From NCBI RefSeq assembly GCF_006345805.1, contig NC_043016.1, positions 7,626,001 to 7,690,000 on the forward strand: 64,000 nucleotides of DNA. The letters are read 5' to 3'. The notes below the pieces were generated by a model. It did not search any database. It saw only the letters and a program-made list of their open reading frames with translations, and was not told the DNA's origin. Shown here in pieces: positions 52,330-63,734 of the stretch (its first letter is position 1; each line of letters starts with the position of its first letter). The position numbers and the translations under genes are program-made. The stretch is from Octopus sinensis (Eukaryota).

Positions 52330-52720
52330 TTCCAAATTTTGCTTGTCAATTGTTTGACCCTATTCAGTTGATCATGTCCCTTAGTGTTTGATGAAATGTG
52401 CATCTCTGATTATAAGCAGAAGTGAGAGAGCATTATAGCCATGTGTTGAGAGGGATTCTTAGGGGTTTGGATAATTTGCTTTTGGAAACATGGGTATTTT
52501 GTCCAACATCCTTAAACAACCCTTATTCAGGGACCTTTTAGGTGGGATGGGCTACTTGGCATGAGGAAAATTCTAACTGGGCTCCACCTGCAAGGTCATG
52601 CGCAGTTAATCTTGATATCAGATCAGCATGCCATGCACATATGGTTGTGATGCATGTGCACGGTGTACCCTTATCAGGGAATACTAGGCTTCATATATTT
52701 TATGTTATGATGTCGCAACT
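52330..52720 (+). mobile_element. Degenerate partial second copy of the same element
   Basis: Diverged match to 51770-52150. Confidence 0.75.
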
Positions 52721-52903
52721 CATTTCTACAGATGAGTGAACTAGAAGCAATGTGAAATAAAGTCTCTTGCTCAAGAACACAACATGCAGCCCGGTCTGGG
52801 AATCAAACTCACAACCTCACGACCGTAAGCTCGACACCTTAACCACTGAGCCATCAGCCTTCACACACACACACACACATATTATATATATATATATAGA
52901 CAT

Positions 52904-53685
52904 ATATTAATAGTTATCGCCATACTAATATGGCAGTCTATAAATAAGACTAAAGCTGTCGCTGATTAGCTCCAAGAGGCCATCGCCTCTAGCTAGCTAT
53001 TTGACACATGAACCTGCGTCCATTACAACCTTCGAACAGGGGAGGTCAGCCACTTCACCTTGCTAGTCAGACATCTGCAGACATGTTTCAGGGTTGTTGC
53101 CCTTTATCAATGCAGCATAGTCAGAACCAGCAGGTGTCGCTACTGACCGTCTGTTCGAAGATTTTATTTACCTAGTTACAGTGGAATACATCCACTTGTT
53201 TTCAATAATAGAAATATTAAAATTACTAAGTCTCTCTAAAGGAGATTACGGCAGAGTTACTGGATATTAATAGTTATCGCCATACTAATATGGCAGTCTA
53301 TAAATAAGACTAAAGACTGCCATATTAGTATGGCGAAACTATTAATATCCAGTAACGCTGCCGTGATCTCCTTTAGAGAGACTTAGTAATTTAATATTTT
53401 TATTATTGAAAACAAGTGGATGTATTCCACTGTAACTAGGTAAATAAAATCTTCAAACAGACAGTCAGTAGCGACACCTGCTGGTTCTGACTACGCTGCA
53501 TTGATAAAGGGCAACAACCCTGAAACATGTCTGCAGATGTCTGACTAGCAAGGTGAAGTGTCTGACCTCCCCTGTTTGAAGGTTGTAATGGACGCAGGTA
53601 CGTGTGTCAAATAGCTAGCTAGAGGCGATGGCCTCTTGGAGCTAATCAGCGACAGCTTTAGTCTTATTTATAGACTGCCATATTA
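52904..53685. mobile_element. Retrozyme/Penelope-pLTR-like element: 360-bp unit, partial tandem copy, then inverted copy (palindrome 52926-53298 / 53315-53685)
   Basis: ATATTAATAGTTATCGCC at 52904 and 53264; arms differ at about a dozen positions; 16-nt spacer. Confidence 0.85.
53494..53550 (+). ncRNA. Type I hammerhead ribozyme motif, U3-A8 variant (mirror copy on minus at 53061-53117)
   Basis: TTGATAA-AGGG-CAACAA-CCCT-GAA-ACAT-GTCTGCAG-ATGT-C; GUC site with cleavage after 53541; stem I weak. Confidence 0.65.
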
Positions 53686-53769
53686 ATTCTACTCCTGAAC
53701 TGCATGGTAAAATATAATGTAAACAATATACATATGCATGTATGTATATATATATATATATATATATTT

Positions 53770-54227
53770 CTTTTTAGGTTGTTCCTTCTCGAGCCATCCC
53801 TGGCTCATAAGGGCCGGTTTCTTGGCATATAGGTTCCCCACCTGGACCCCTCGCTGGTCCATCGTAAGTGAGCTGCAAGTTGCAGGAGGAAAGAGTAAGA
53901 GAAAGTTGTGGTGAAAGAGTCAGCAGAAGTTTCGCCATTACATTCCGCTGCTCTAACCACTAGGCCATGTGCTTCCACAAATAAATGCACCTTTTAAAGC
54001 CTAGCCAGGCTCATGGGCCTGGTTTCCTGGTTTCAATGGCATATGCTTTCCCCAGCTGGATGGACGCCAGTTCATCGCAGCGTTACTCATTTTTGCCAGC
54101 TGAGCGGACTGGAGCAATGTGAAATGAGTGTTTTGCTCAAGAACACAACGCGTCACCGGGTCTAGGAATCGAAACTACAATCTTACAATCATGGTGCTGA
54201 CACCCTAACCACTAAGCCATGCACCTC

Positions 54228-54310
<83 letters not shown>

Positions 54311-54575
54311 TCTTGTGAAGGTGCGTGGCCTAGTGGTTAGGCTGTTTCCCTCACAATCACTAGATCGTAGGTTTGATTCCCTGATTGGATGGTGTATTGT
54401 GTTCTTGAGCAAAACACTTCATTTCACATTGCTCCAGTTGATCGTGGGACAATGTTAGCCCGCTCGCCTAGCCAATGGAGTGGTGTCATTTGAATGATAA
54501 AACAATACAAAAACGCATCGTGACCAGCGATGTGTAACAACATTTGATAGCTTGGTTAGTCATGTGATAATTTGA
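53770..54575. mobile_element. Composite family C and related SINE fragments around (TA)n
   Basis: Partial head and tail matches. Confidence 0.6.
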
Positions 54576-54581
54576 TATATA

Positions 54582-55480
54582 CAAGGCCTGATCAATAAGT
54601 ATCCAAACTGTTGCTATAGTAATGAAACTAAAGCACACAGAATAAAGCTGCTTTGTACAGATTCACCTTAAACTCTGCTGTGCATGTACACTAAGTTTTA
54701 ACATTCTAGCTCACTTCCACTGTTTACAGCAGTGCTTGGAAGGAAAGTGTGTAGCATGGGATCATTGCATTGACCACGACAGAGAAAGTTGTCATGGCAA
54801 TACCTGCTCAGAGGCCTACACAAAGTTGAAAAAACTATATGTAGAGGAATGTATGAGCTGCACACAAGTGTATGTATGTGTAGTACAGACAATTCCAAGA
54901 TGATCAAAAAGATGTCGATATTGACGAATGTTTTGGAAGACCTGTAACCAGCAGAACTGAGAAAAACATCAGAGATGTGCATGCAGCTGTGAGGAGAAAT
55001 CATCAGATCTCCATCCATGAGTTATCAGAGAATGTGCAGATTAGTTATGGTTCAGTTCAGTCTATTATCACTGAAGATTTGGGTTTGAGATGCATATCTG
55101 CCAAGTTTGTTCCAAAAACTGCTTTCAACTGACCAAAAGAAAAAGCAATCAGGGTTTCAGTGGCACAAGATCTCCTTGATTGTGTCGAGAACAATGAAAA
55201 CTTTTTGAAAACTTTGCATAAACTTCTGAGCAGGTATCGCCAAGCTTTTGGCAAAATTTGATGCAGATTCTCTGCCCAACTTTCTCTGTCAATGAGATGA
55301 TTACATGCTACACACCTTCCTTCCAAGCACTACTGTAAATAGTGGAAGTGAGTTTGAATAGTAAAACTTAGTACGTATCCACTGCAGAGTTCAAGGTTAA
55401 TCTGTGCTAAGTGGCTTTACTCTCCATGCTGTAGCTTTGTTACTATAGCAACAGTCCGGATAGTTATTGATCAGACCACA
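54582..55480 (+). mobile_element. mariner-derived element with two 5' ends (long ~250-bp inverted arms)
   Basis: TA-CAAGGCCTGATCAATAAGTATCC / GGATAGTTATTGATCAGACCACA-TA; forward GRP.TSRTE..I.EL..ISYGSVQSII.EDLG..SAKFVPK; the reverse arm encodes ICIKFCQKLGDTCSE. Confidence 0.85.
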
Positions 55481-55519
55481 TACATTCTTATTCTTGCACA
55501 AAATACTTTAAATCCAGGC

Positions 55520-57230
55520 TATTTAGCCCAATAAACACCAATAAAATGTTTTATGGCTATATTTGAAAGCTTAGCCTTGAGAGTTGGATCACACAATGTG
55601 TCTATCACTTCCAGTTTGAGTTCTTCAGTCTATATCAAGAGAAAAATAGAACCAGGAAAATGAAAGAATTTTTACTAGATTTCATGTAAATCTGACACCC
55701 CTTTTTGAAAGTATTTTCTTCAGAAATTAAATAGTTGTACTTTCCGTTGGATATTTCTTCATAATTTAGAGACAACTTAATTGATTTCAAGGTCACAGAG
55801 TGAAATAAATTTCCTTTCAGGCTTAAAACTCAAGTTCGATGTCAAATGCAAGAAGAATTTTCATTATCTATCTTAGTGCTTCTCTGCATTTTAGATTTAA
55901 AACAAACGACCAATTCATTCAATGTCTCTTAATTCTGGTACATATCTGTCTTTCATTTCCATATAATCTTTTATTTCCTCAAACAGTTCAATGAAGTGCT
56001 TCTATACAATACCCTTAGTTAGCCAGCAAACATAGCTATGATAGTTCACTTCGTATGGAATATCGATCTCGTTTAAGAAATTATTAAATTGTTGGTGATC
56101 TAAGCTCCACATGCATACAAAATTAACCATTTACAACAACATTAAAGAAATTGTCCACTTTGTGAGCTTTGTAGCATGACAATTCATAATGGCCTTGTGG
56201 TTAGAGCAGTGGACTCGTGGTCAAGGTATCGCGGGTTCGAATCTCAGACCGGACGATGTGTGTGTTAATGAGCGAAACACCTAAGCTCCACGCGGCTCCG
56301 GCAGAGGGTAATGCCGAAACTTCTGCTGTCTCTTTCTCTCACTCTTTCCTCCTGCATCTTGCAGCTCACCTGCGATGGACTGGTGTCCTGTCCAGGTGGG
56401 GAACCTATACGCCAAGAAGCTGGGAAACCGTCCCTTATGAGCCAGGCATGGCTCGAGAAAGAACAAACAACAAAAAATTCACAATGAACAATGTCATTCA
56501 TAACAAGAGATGAGGATCTTTGTGAACAGCCTACAATTGATTTCAATCTGTATGTTACACCTAAATCCTTATTTGTAGCCCTCTGTTTTGTATGGTCAAA
56601 AACACCATTTATTTCCAGTTCATGTTTAATTTATGTAAAGATATAACAAAAGACTGAAATATATCTTTTCCTGTTGTTTGGCCATTCAGAGATACTAGTC
56701 CCACAAAATACTTCTCTCTGGTGTACTTTATTAAGACCCCCAATAAAACTTTTATTAGCTCTCCAATAAAAATATAAAGCTGCCAGCAACATGAGTAATG
56801 TTGGTGCTTTCATCAGTGGCACTGGAAAATGTAAGAAAAATAATGGATTTATTCTTAATTTGCAAGCCTAAGATTTCAGAGATATCCATAATGCATTCTG
56901 GGATTGTGTTCTTTGACAATAATATGTCTGAAAATAATTGCCATTTTTCAGGACAAAACATCTAAAGAATTAATCATGTATTTTTTAAGAAATTCGCATT
57001 ATGAAAGAGACTTTGATTAATTGGCCATTTTCATTTGCAGTTATGTAACTAGCAGCATTATTCTTTTCATGTAAGTTTATTTTAAAACTGACAATTGACT
57101 TTCTGACTGAATACGTTGTTTAACAACTTAACAACTTCTTCACAAATCTTGTCACTATAATTTTTAAATATATATCTTCATGATGTATGTTGTGGTATCA
57201 TTGTAGAGTGTACTCTGCAATGATATTATA
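55520..57230 (-). mobile_element. hAT (SPIN/GTF2IRD2-like) transposase remnant, interrupted by a SINE (56190-56465)
   Basis: CPEKWQLFSDI.LSKNTI..I.DIS..FS.ATDEST.ITHVAQL.IFI..GQTTGKDIF; VNF..LDHQQF.NFL.EID..WL.KG..F.EL.EEI. Confidence 0.8.
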
Positions 57231-57287
57231 ACATTGTTTATTTCGAATCAAGCAAATCAATTTACATTTCTACACACACGCACATAT

Positions 57288-57369
<82 letters not shown>

Positions 57370-58186
57370 GTTTAAGTAGTTGAATGAATTATCCTAGTTT
57401 GGCGTTTTAAGGACAGCAATATAACTTTCAAGCTGGAATGGTCCATATTGTCTGTATCCTTTCCTTTTGATAAGGGCAGAAAATATTGTGCCGTCTGTAA
57501 TTCCGAGCTTTTCTATATACTTTTCGCCAAATTCCCTTTAGTAAACACAATGGTAGAAAAATCCTATAGGTGCATGCACTGGCAGAAGCACACCTTCCAC
57601 TCATATGAATGATGATTAATATAGATAACCTCCTTGAATTTAAAAATTTGGTTCCACATCTACAACAACACCATAGGCAAAATTTTTTTATACTCCGTTA
57701 CTTGAAGGCCTACTACCAAATTCGTTGGGTATGTTCTACCTTTGTCTCTCTACCTCTCCCCCCTCTCTCTCTCTCCCTCTCTCTATCATAAGCACAATCA
57801 AACACACAGACACAAACCTGTCACTTCACCACTAGATATATTTGGCATTTATCCCCCCACACAAACAATCACGCACACATATACACACACAGACACGAAT
57901 GCAGTTATATACATACACACACATAGGCACTCAATCTCATTGGCAAAAGCAAACAACAACGCATCACCATACATATGACTTGCACTCTGTCACCCCCCTA
58001 TTCTTAGAACCTGACCCTTACAACCATTTTTGAACTCTTGAACGTTTTAGAATCTTATCCATCCAACCATTTTTGACGTCACTGCTTATAACGGAATATT
58101 TTAAAGAAACACTCATTATCACTATGGACTCGTGTGGGCAGTCATCTAAAAGTTTTTGTTCGTCATGATGCTGACATAAGTTCCTT

Positions 58187-58277
58187 GTCTTTCCTGATGA
58201 GAAGACGGCATAATGCACCCTTTATTCCATCGGAATTAAGAATATGCAGTCTTCGAAACATATGTCGAGAATAAAGG
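58187..58277 (+). ncRNA. Canonical type I hammerhead ribozyme with extended stem II
   Basis: TTTC-CTGATGA(58194)-GAAGAC...GTCTTC-GAAAC-ATAT-GTC(58266)-GAGA; stem II 6 bp plus GCATA/TATGC; palindromic stem III; AATAAA just downstream. Confidence 0.8.
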
Positions 58278-58312
58278 AATTTTGTTAAATCGTCGTTCGA
58301 CTCCATTTTTTC

Positions 58313-58369
<57 letters not shown>

Positions 58370-58370
<1 letters not shown>

Positions 58371-58790
58371 TCATCATCATCATCAACGTTTAACGTCCGT
58401 TCTCCATGCTAGCATGGGTGAGACGGTTCGACGGGGGGATCTGGGAAGCCAGAAGTCTGCACCAGGCTCCAGTCTTATCTGGCAATATTTCTACAGCTGG
58501 ATGCCCTTCCTAACGCCAACCACTCCATGAGTGTAGTGGGTGCTTTTTACGTGCCACCTGCACTGGTGCCAGGCGAGGCTGGCATCGGCCACGGTCGGAT
58601 TGGTGCATTTTACGTGCCACCGGCACGGAAGCCAGTCAAGGCGGCGCTGGCATCGGCCACGATGCGGATAGTGCTTTTTACGTACCACCAATCCAGGGGT
58701 CCTGGCATCTGCCGGGTGCCAGTCATAGGATTGGTTCAATTTCGATTCCGATTTCGATTTCACTTGCCCCAACAGGTCTTCGCAAATAAT
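58370..58790 (-). mobile_element. Young RTE 3' UTR subfamily copy
   Basis: Very similar to 15755-16215. Confidence 0.85.
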
Positions 58791-60427
58791 TGAGATTCAG
58801 TTGAATTAGGTACTTAAGTTGAAGCATCAAGTCAGTCTGGTATTATTCATACAGCTCTAAGTAAGGTGAATAAAATCAAAATAAGCAACAGGATATCAAG
58901 TAGTGATGCAGTACAACCGTTTCAAGTGACTCCCTTTAATTGAACAATGCAATCATTACATCAATTTAAATGCAGAGCTATCATCAGCAGCACAAATAAA
59001 TAGAATTTTAATTAGCCGGATACATTGATATAAGTTTACTCAAATACTTTAACAGAGCAAGAGGATGGAAGAGATCCATGTTGTCACTATTGTAGCTAAG
59101 AATAGACTACTCTTTCAAGAAAAGCATGAACTTTACTGGAGTTGTAGCTTGTAAAGGATTGTGGTTCATTTTTTAAATTTATTTGTCTTTTTATCAACAA
59201 CTTAATCTAAGACTGGGGGACTGTGTCTGTTTGGAATGAAGGGTAAGAGTTAATGACCAAGGGTTGCTGAAATTCTATACACTGCTCCACAATGGTTCGC
59301 AGCACAAAGATCTGTTCATTTAAATAAAATAGCATACCTAAATATTGAACAGGCAAGAGATGGGACAAAAACACAGTAAAACGAACCAGCTCAAAATACA
59401 AAACAGATTAACAAATTACCAATGTTTTCTAATAAATCAAACAGCAAAAGAAAAAACAAAAAAAAACAGTATTGCAGCAAAATAAAAGGCAGAGAAGAAC
59501 TAGAAACTCAAACTGATGATGAAATTCTCGTGGATAGAATAGAAGTTCTCATGGAGACATTGAACTTATATAAGCAGACATAACAAAAATATATCCTCTG
59601 CTTCAAACTACAAATGAAAAGAGCAAGAAGCAGATAAAAATACTCATCATAGAAGACCAACCGGCATTAACATTGTGGAGAATCTAGCAAAACAACAATA
59701 AAAATTAAAGCAGAAAAGTTATTTTTAGTCTTAGATCTATAAAATAGAAAACACGAAGAAAATGAGGAAATTTTAAGCAAATCATATCAGCAAAAGAATG
59801 GGATAAGTGCATCAACCGAGGGAATAAGGTTTTTTTTTGCTAACAGAAATTTAACGTGGATATAACAAACATACATAACACTGAAGGACACACCCGCATA
59901 AATAGAAGTTTAGGCTTATAAGGGTGGAATATGAAACAAAAACATTCAGCACAAAAGACAAAAAAGGAAAAACGATTGACAAAATACGATAGCACTGCAA
60001 AATTACCAATAATACTATGAACTGTAACTGAACTAATGAGGTAACATGCATTTTAATGATAGTTATTTAGCTAGTATCATTATATATTATGTAATGATGT
60101 TATGAAACAATAGTTTAATAAACAAAAAATTATTAAGTCTAACGGCATACACTTTCAAACACTGATATCATTAAAATACTTGTGGGAGTAAATCGAACAC
60201 AACTTTGTCAATGTATATTTGGAATTTAAAAACTAATTTATTTGAGTCTACAACAAATGGTGAAATAATTGTCAGATTCGTTTAGCTGAGAATAAAATAA
60301 TTTTGTTTCAGATAAAAACATTCTTGTCTATAAATCAGAACTAGCTTCCTTTGGCTTGTACAAATCTCAGTTCATTTTGAGAAATTAAAAGACAAACGAA
60401 TAAAGCAGAAAAAAATCAAAACAACAA

Positions 60428-61040
60428 TAAATTAAAAAATTACTATTTTTAAATCTTACAACGTGAGATATTCAGCAACAGTACTTTGTAGTAAAGATTG
60501 CTTGCCAACATAACATGGCAGTCCTGGTTTAGGACGAATGTTGCTGTAATTTAGCCCCAGGAGACATCGTCTCCAGCTGGCTATACGACACGATCTGTGT
60601 CTTTATACTTTCGAACAAGGGAATTACAGCAACATTAGTCCTAAACCAAGACTGCTATGTTATGTTGACAAACAATATTTACTACAAAGTACTGCTGCTG
60701 AATATCTCACGCTGCGAGATTTAAAAATAGTAATTTTCTAATTTATAAATCAATGACTAGTTATCACTTTTAAAACCATATACTTCGAAGGGGAATCTGA
60801 CAACGCCACCTCTAACCGAAGAATTATTATGTGCTGATGAAGAGAAATAACCCAGAAATTGCGATACACGGATATTGTTTTGAGCTGAGCTGGAGTGCTA
60901 GATTCTCTTGTTCGAAAATATAAGGACACAGATCGTGTCGTATAGCCAGCTGGAGACGATGTCTCCTGGGGCTAAATTACAGCAACATTAGTCCTAAACC
61001 GGGACTGCCATATTATGTTGGCAAACAATCTTTACTACAA
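60428..61040. mobile_element. Sister retrozyme/pLTR-like element: inverted ~195-bp copy plus ~1.2 tandem units of 353 bp, with a degenerate hammerhead (60830-60870, plus)
   Basis: AATTACAGCAACATTAGTCC at 60622 and 60975; GTG-CTGATGA-AGAGAAATAACCCA-GAAATTGCGATA-CAC. Confidence 0.75.
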
Positions 61041-61499
61041 CAAATAAATTGTTTTTCAAGGTGGAACCTGAAGAACATAAAGCTATAATGAAGAGCGTGT
61101 AGAATATTATATGGAAAAATTCGAAAGATTTTTTTTTTCCTTTGTATTTTTGCCGAGCTGATGTAATGACTGTAATTTAATAAATGTGAATCTTACTATT
61201 TATTTACACTTAAACCTTTGATACGAACAGCATTAAAGTTTGGATAAAAATATTTTCAAGTACGTTCATCTTTGAATATTGGTAATAACAAGCAACGGTC
61301 ACATGTTGTCTATTCCGATTTCCTTATCGGCTAATGATATCGATGGACAACATTAAAATGTTTCAGTGAAACCAAACAGAAATTCCATGAATTTATTTAA
61401 GAACTGATGAACCGAAAAAAGAAATGATGGTAAAATTACAGTTAAAATAAGTTATTTTACTTTACTTCAAGTATAGAAAACATATATAAATTGTACGTA

Positions 61500-61537
61500 C
61501 GTACGTACGTATGTATGTATGTATGTATGTATGTATG

Positions 61538-61568
<31 letters not shown>

Positions 61569-61640
61569 TGTATGTATGTATGTATGTATGTATGTATGTA
61601 TGTATGTATGTATGTATGTATGTATGTATGTGTGTATGTA
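61500..61640. repeat. (TATG)n microsatellite
   Basis: Directly visible. Confidence 0.95.
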
Positions 61641-61854
61641 TTTCGCTTTTGTATTTAGTTTGCAAGATTCTTGATGTGAATTCGTGTTGAAACAAATCTT
61701 TTTGAGTTTTGGGAGGGTCATAACACCAAAAGACACGCACTGGCATGTGTTATTATTTTTGGTGTAATGACTGTCCTAAGACACAACAATAAATGCGTGT
61801 GTATACATACATATAAAATATATGTCTATGTATGTGTGTGCATATATATATATA

Positions 61855-62165
<311 letters not shown>

Positions 62166-62200
62166 AATGTATATACATATATTATGTATATCTGTGTGTA

Positions 62201-62241
<41 letters not shown>

Positions 62242-62499
62242 ATGTATGTGTGAGAAATACTGAAACGCTAAATGTTTCTCGTTTCACAGCAAGCTACGTG
62301 TGCATATCGAAATGTTGATGTTTATCTACACACCTCATTCTCGTCCTTCAGTGACGACATTTTTTTATTCAACCTGAACGAGTTAACAGTGCAGGGAACA
62401 TTATGAAGGTATGCATAGTTGTCTCCCATACTTTGATCGATAAACACACGTTTGAACGTATTGATTTCTCTCCATGTATGTATGTACGTATGTGTGCGG

Positions 62500-62541
<42 letters not shown>

Positions 62542-62779
62542 CTGTGTGTCTCTGTATGTGTGTATATGTGTATATGAATATATATATATATATATATGTG
62601 TGTGGGTGTGTGTGTGTGTGTGTGTGTATTTATTTTGGGATGGGATGTGTGTGTGTTGTGCGTGCGTGCGTGTATATGTATGTATGTATGTATGTATATA
62701 TGTCTCTTCAGTAAACCATAAATCCGAAAGAGAAGCACACTCCAAATTATAGAGCAGTAGAATATATAGATAAAGTTAT

Positions 62780-63732
62780 GTATGGCAGGTCTATGGATTT
62801 ACCCTGGGTTTTATGTCCATAAAGCGCTTAGCTTTACACCGTTTCTTTAGACCCTAAAGCTCGTTGGCCTATGGCCTCTCTAAGAAGTGGCCTCTCCAGA
62901 AAATGGAGGAGGAAAAGACTTTGTTACACTGTCAACATCAAGGGATTGTCTTCTTTCGACCGTTATTAATTGACCACGTTGGCGTTGGTCCTAGGAGTTT
63001 CGTCGTCTTTCAACCGCCGTAAACGGTTGGCTAAGGATGTAGCGTAACTCCTGCGGTTGGCGATGCGCTGTTTGAACGCGTTACCAGAACATCGGGGATT
63101 CTCCCTACACCAGTATTAGCGGCAACGGCGCCAGCACCAACACCAGTGCCAGCTTTAACGACGCCAACACCATCACCACCAGCACCAACAACAACGGTAG
63201 CAGCAGCGTCAACATCAGCACAAACAGAATCGCTAACATCTGCACACGGAGATACATCGGATGTTCCGGTAGCGCGTTCAAACAGCACCTCTACAACCAC
63301 AGATTTTCTTTCAAGGTCTCGGAAAGGAGATACGCTACAGCCTTAGCCAACCATGTATGGCGGCTGAAAGACGACGGAATTCCATGTATAATATCACGGA
63401 AGATCCTAGAAAAAAATTCTACATAAATGGGACCAAGCGTTGTAAACTGTGCACAGCCGAATGGTCGAGGATGTCAAAGTACTCCCGTGATCCGGGGAAC
63501 ATCTTTAACTCCAGGAAGGAGGTCTTCGGAGCCTGCTGGCGCCCTGGAATCTACACGTCAGCATGTCAATTACTAGTAGTTAAAGGGAAGCAATTCTTTG
63601 TTGTTGACGTAGAGTAACGAAATCTTCTCCATTTACTAGAGAGGCCATAGGGTTTTAAGGTCTGAAGAAACTCTGTAAATCTAAGCGCTTTATGGACATG
63701 AAACCCATGGTAACCCCATAGACCGGCCATAT
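62780..63732 (+). mobile_element. Penelope-like element remnant: GIY-YIG endonuclease C-terminal part between inverted ~100-bp terminal repeats
   Basis: RYIGCSGSAFKQHLYNHRFSF..ATALANHVWRLKD..KIL; frameshift; YINGTKRCKLC..FNSRKEVFGAC; 62780-62885 is inverted relative to 63630-63732. Confidence 0.75.
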
Positions 63733-63734
63733 CT

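Noticed and set aside
57390-57610. Penelope GIY-YIG remnant on minus
   Set aside because: Only weak motif resemblance after several assumed frameshifts.
59450-60000. A-rich segment with a short ETQTDDEILVDRIE-like reading
   Set aside because: Multiple stops and no family assignment possible by eye.
63655-63725. Hammerhead in the Penelope terminal repeat (CTGAAGA...GAAACCCATGGTA)
   Set aside because: Stems I and III are plausible, but no convincing stem II; the other arm has both cores mutated.
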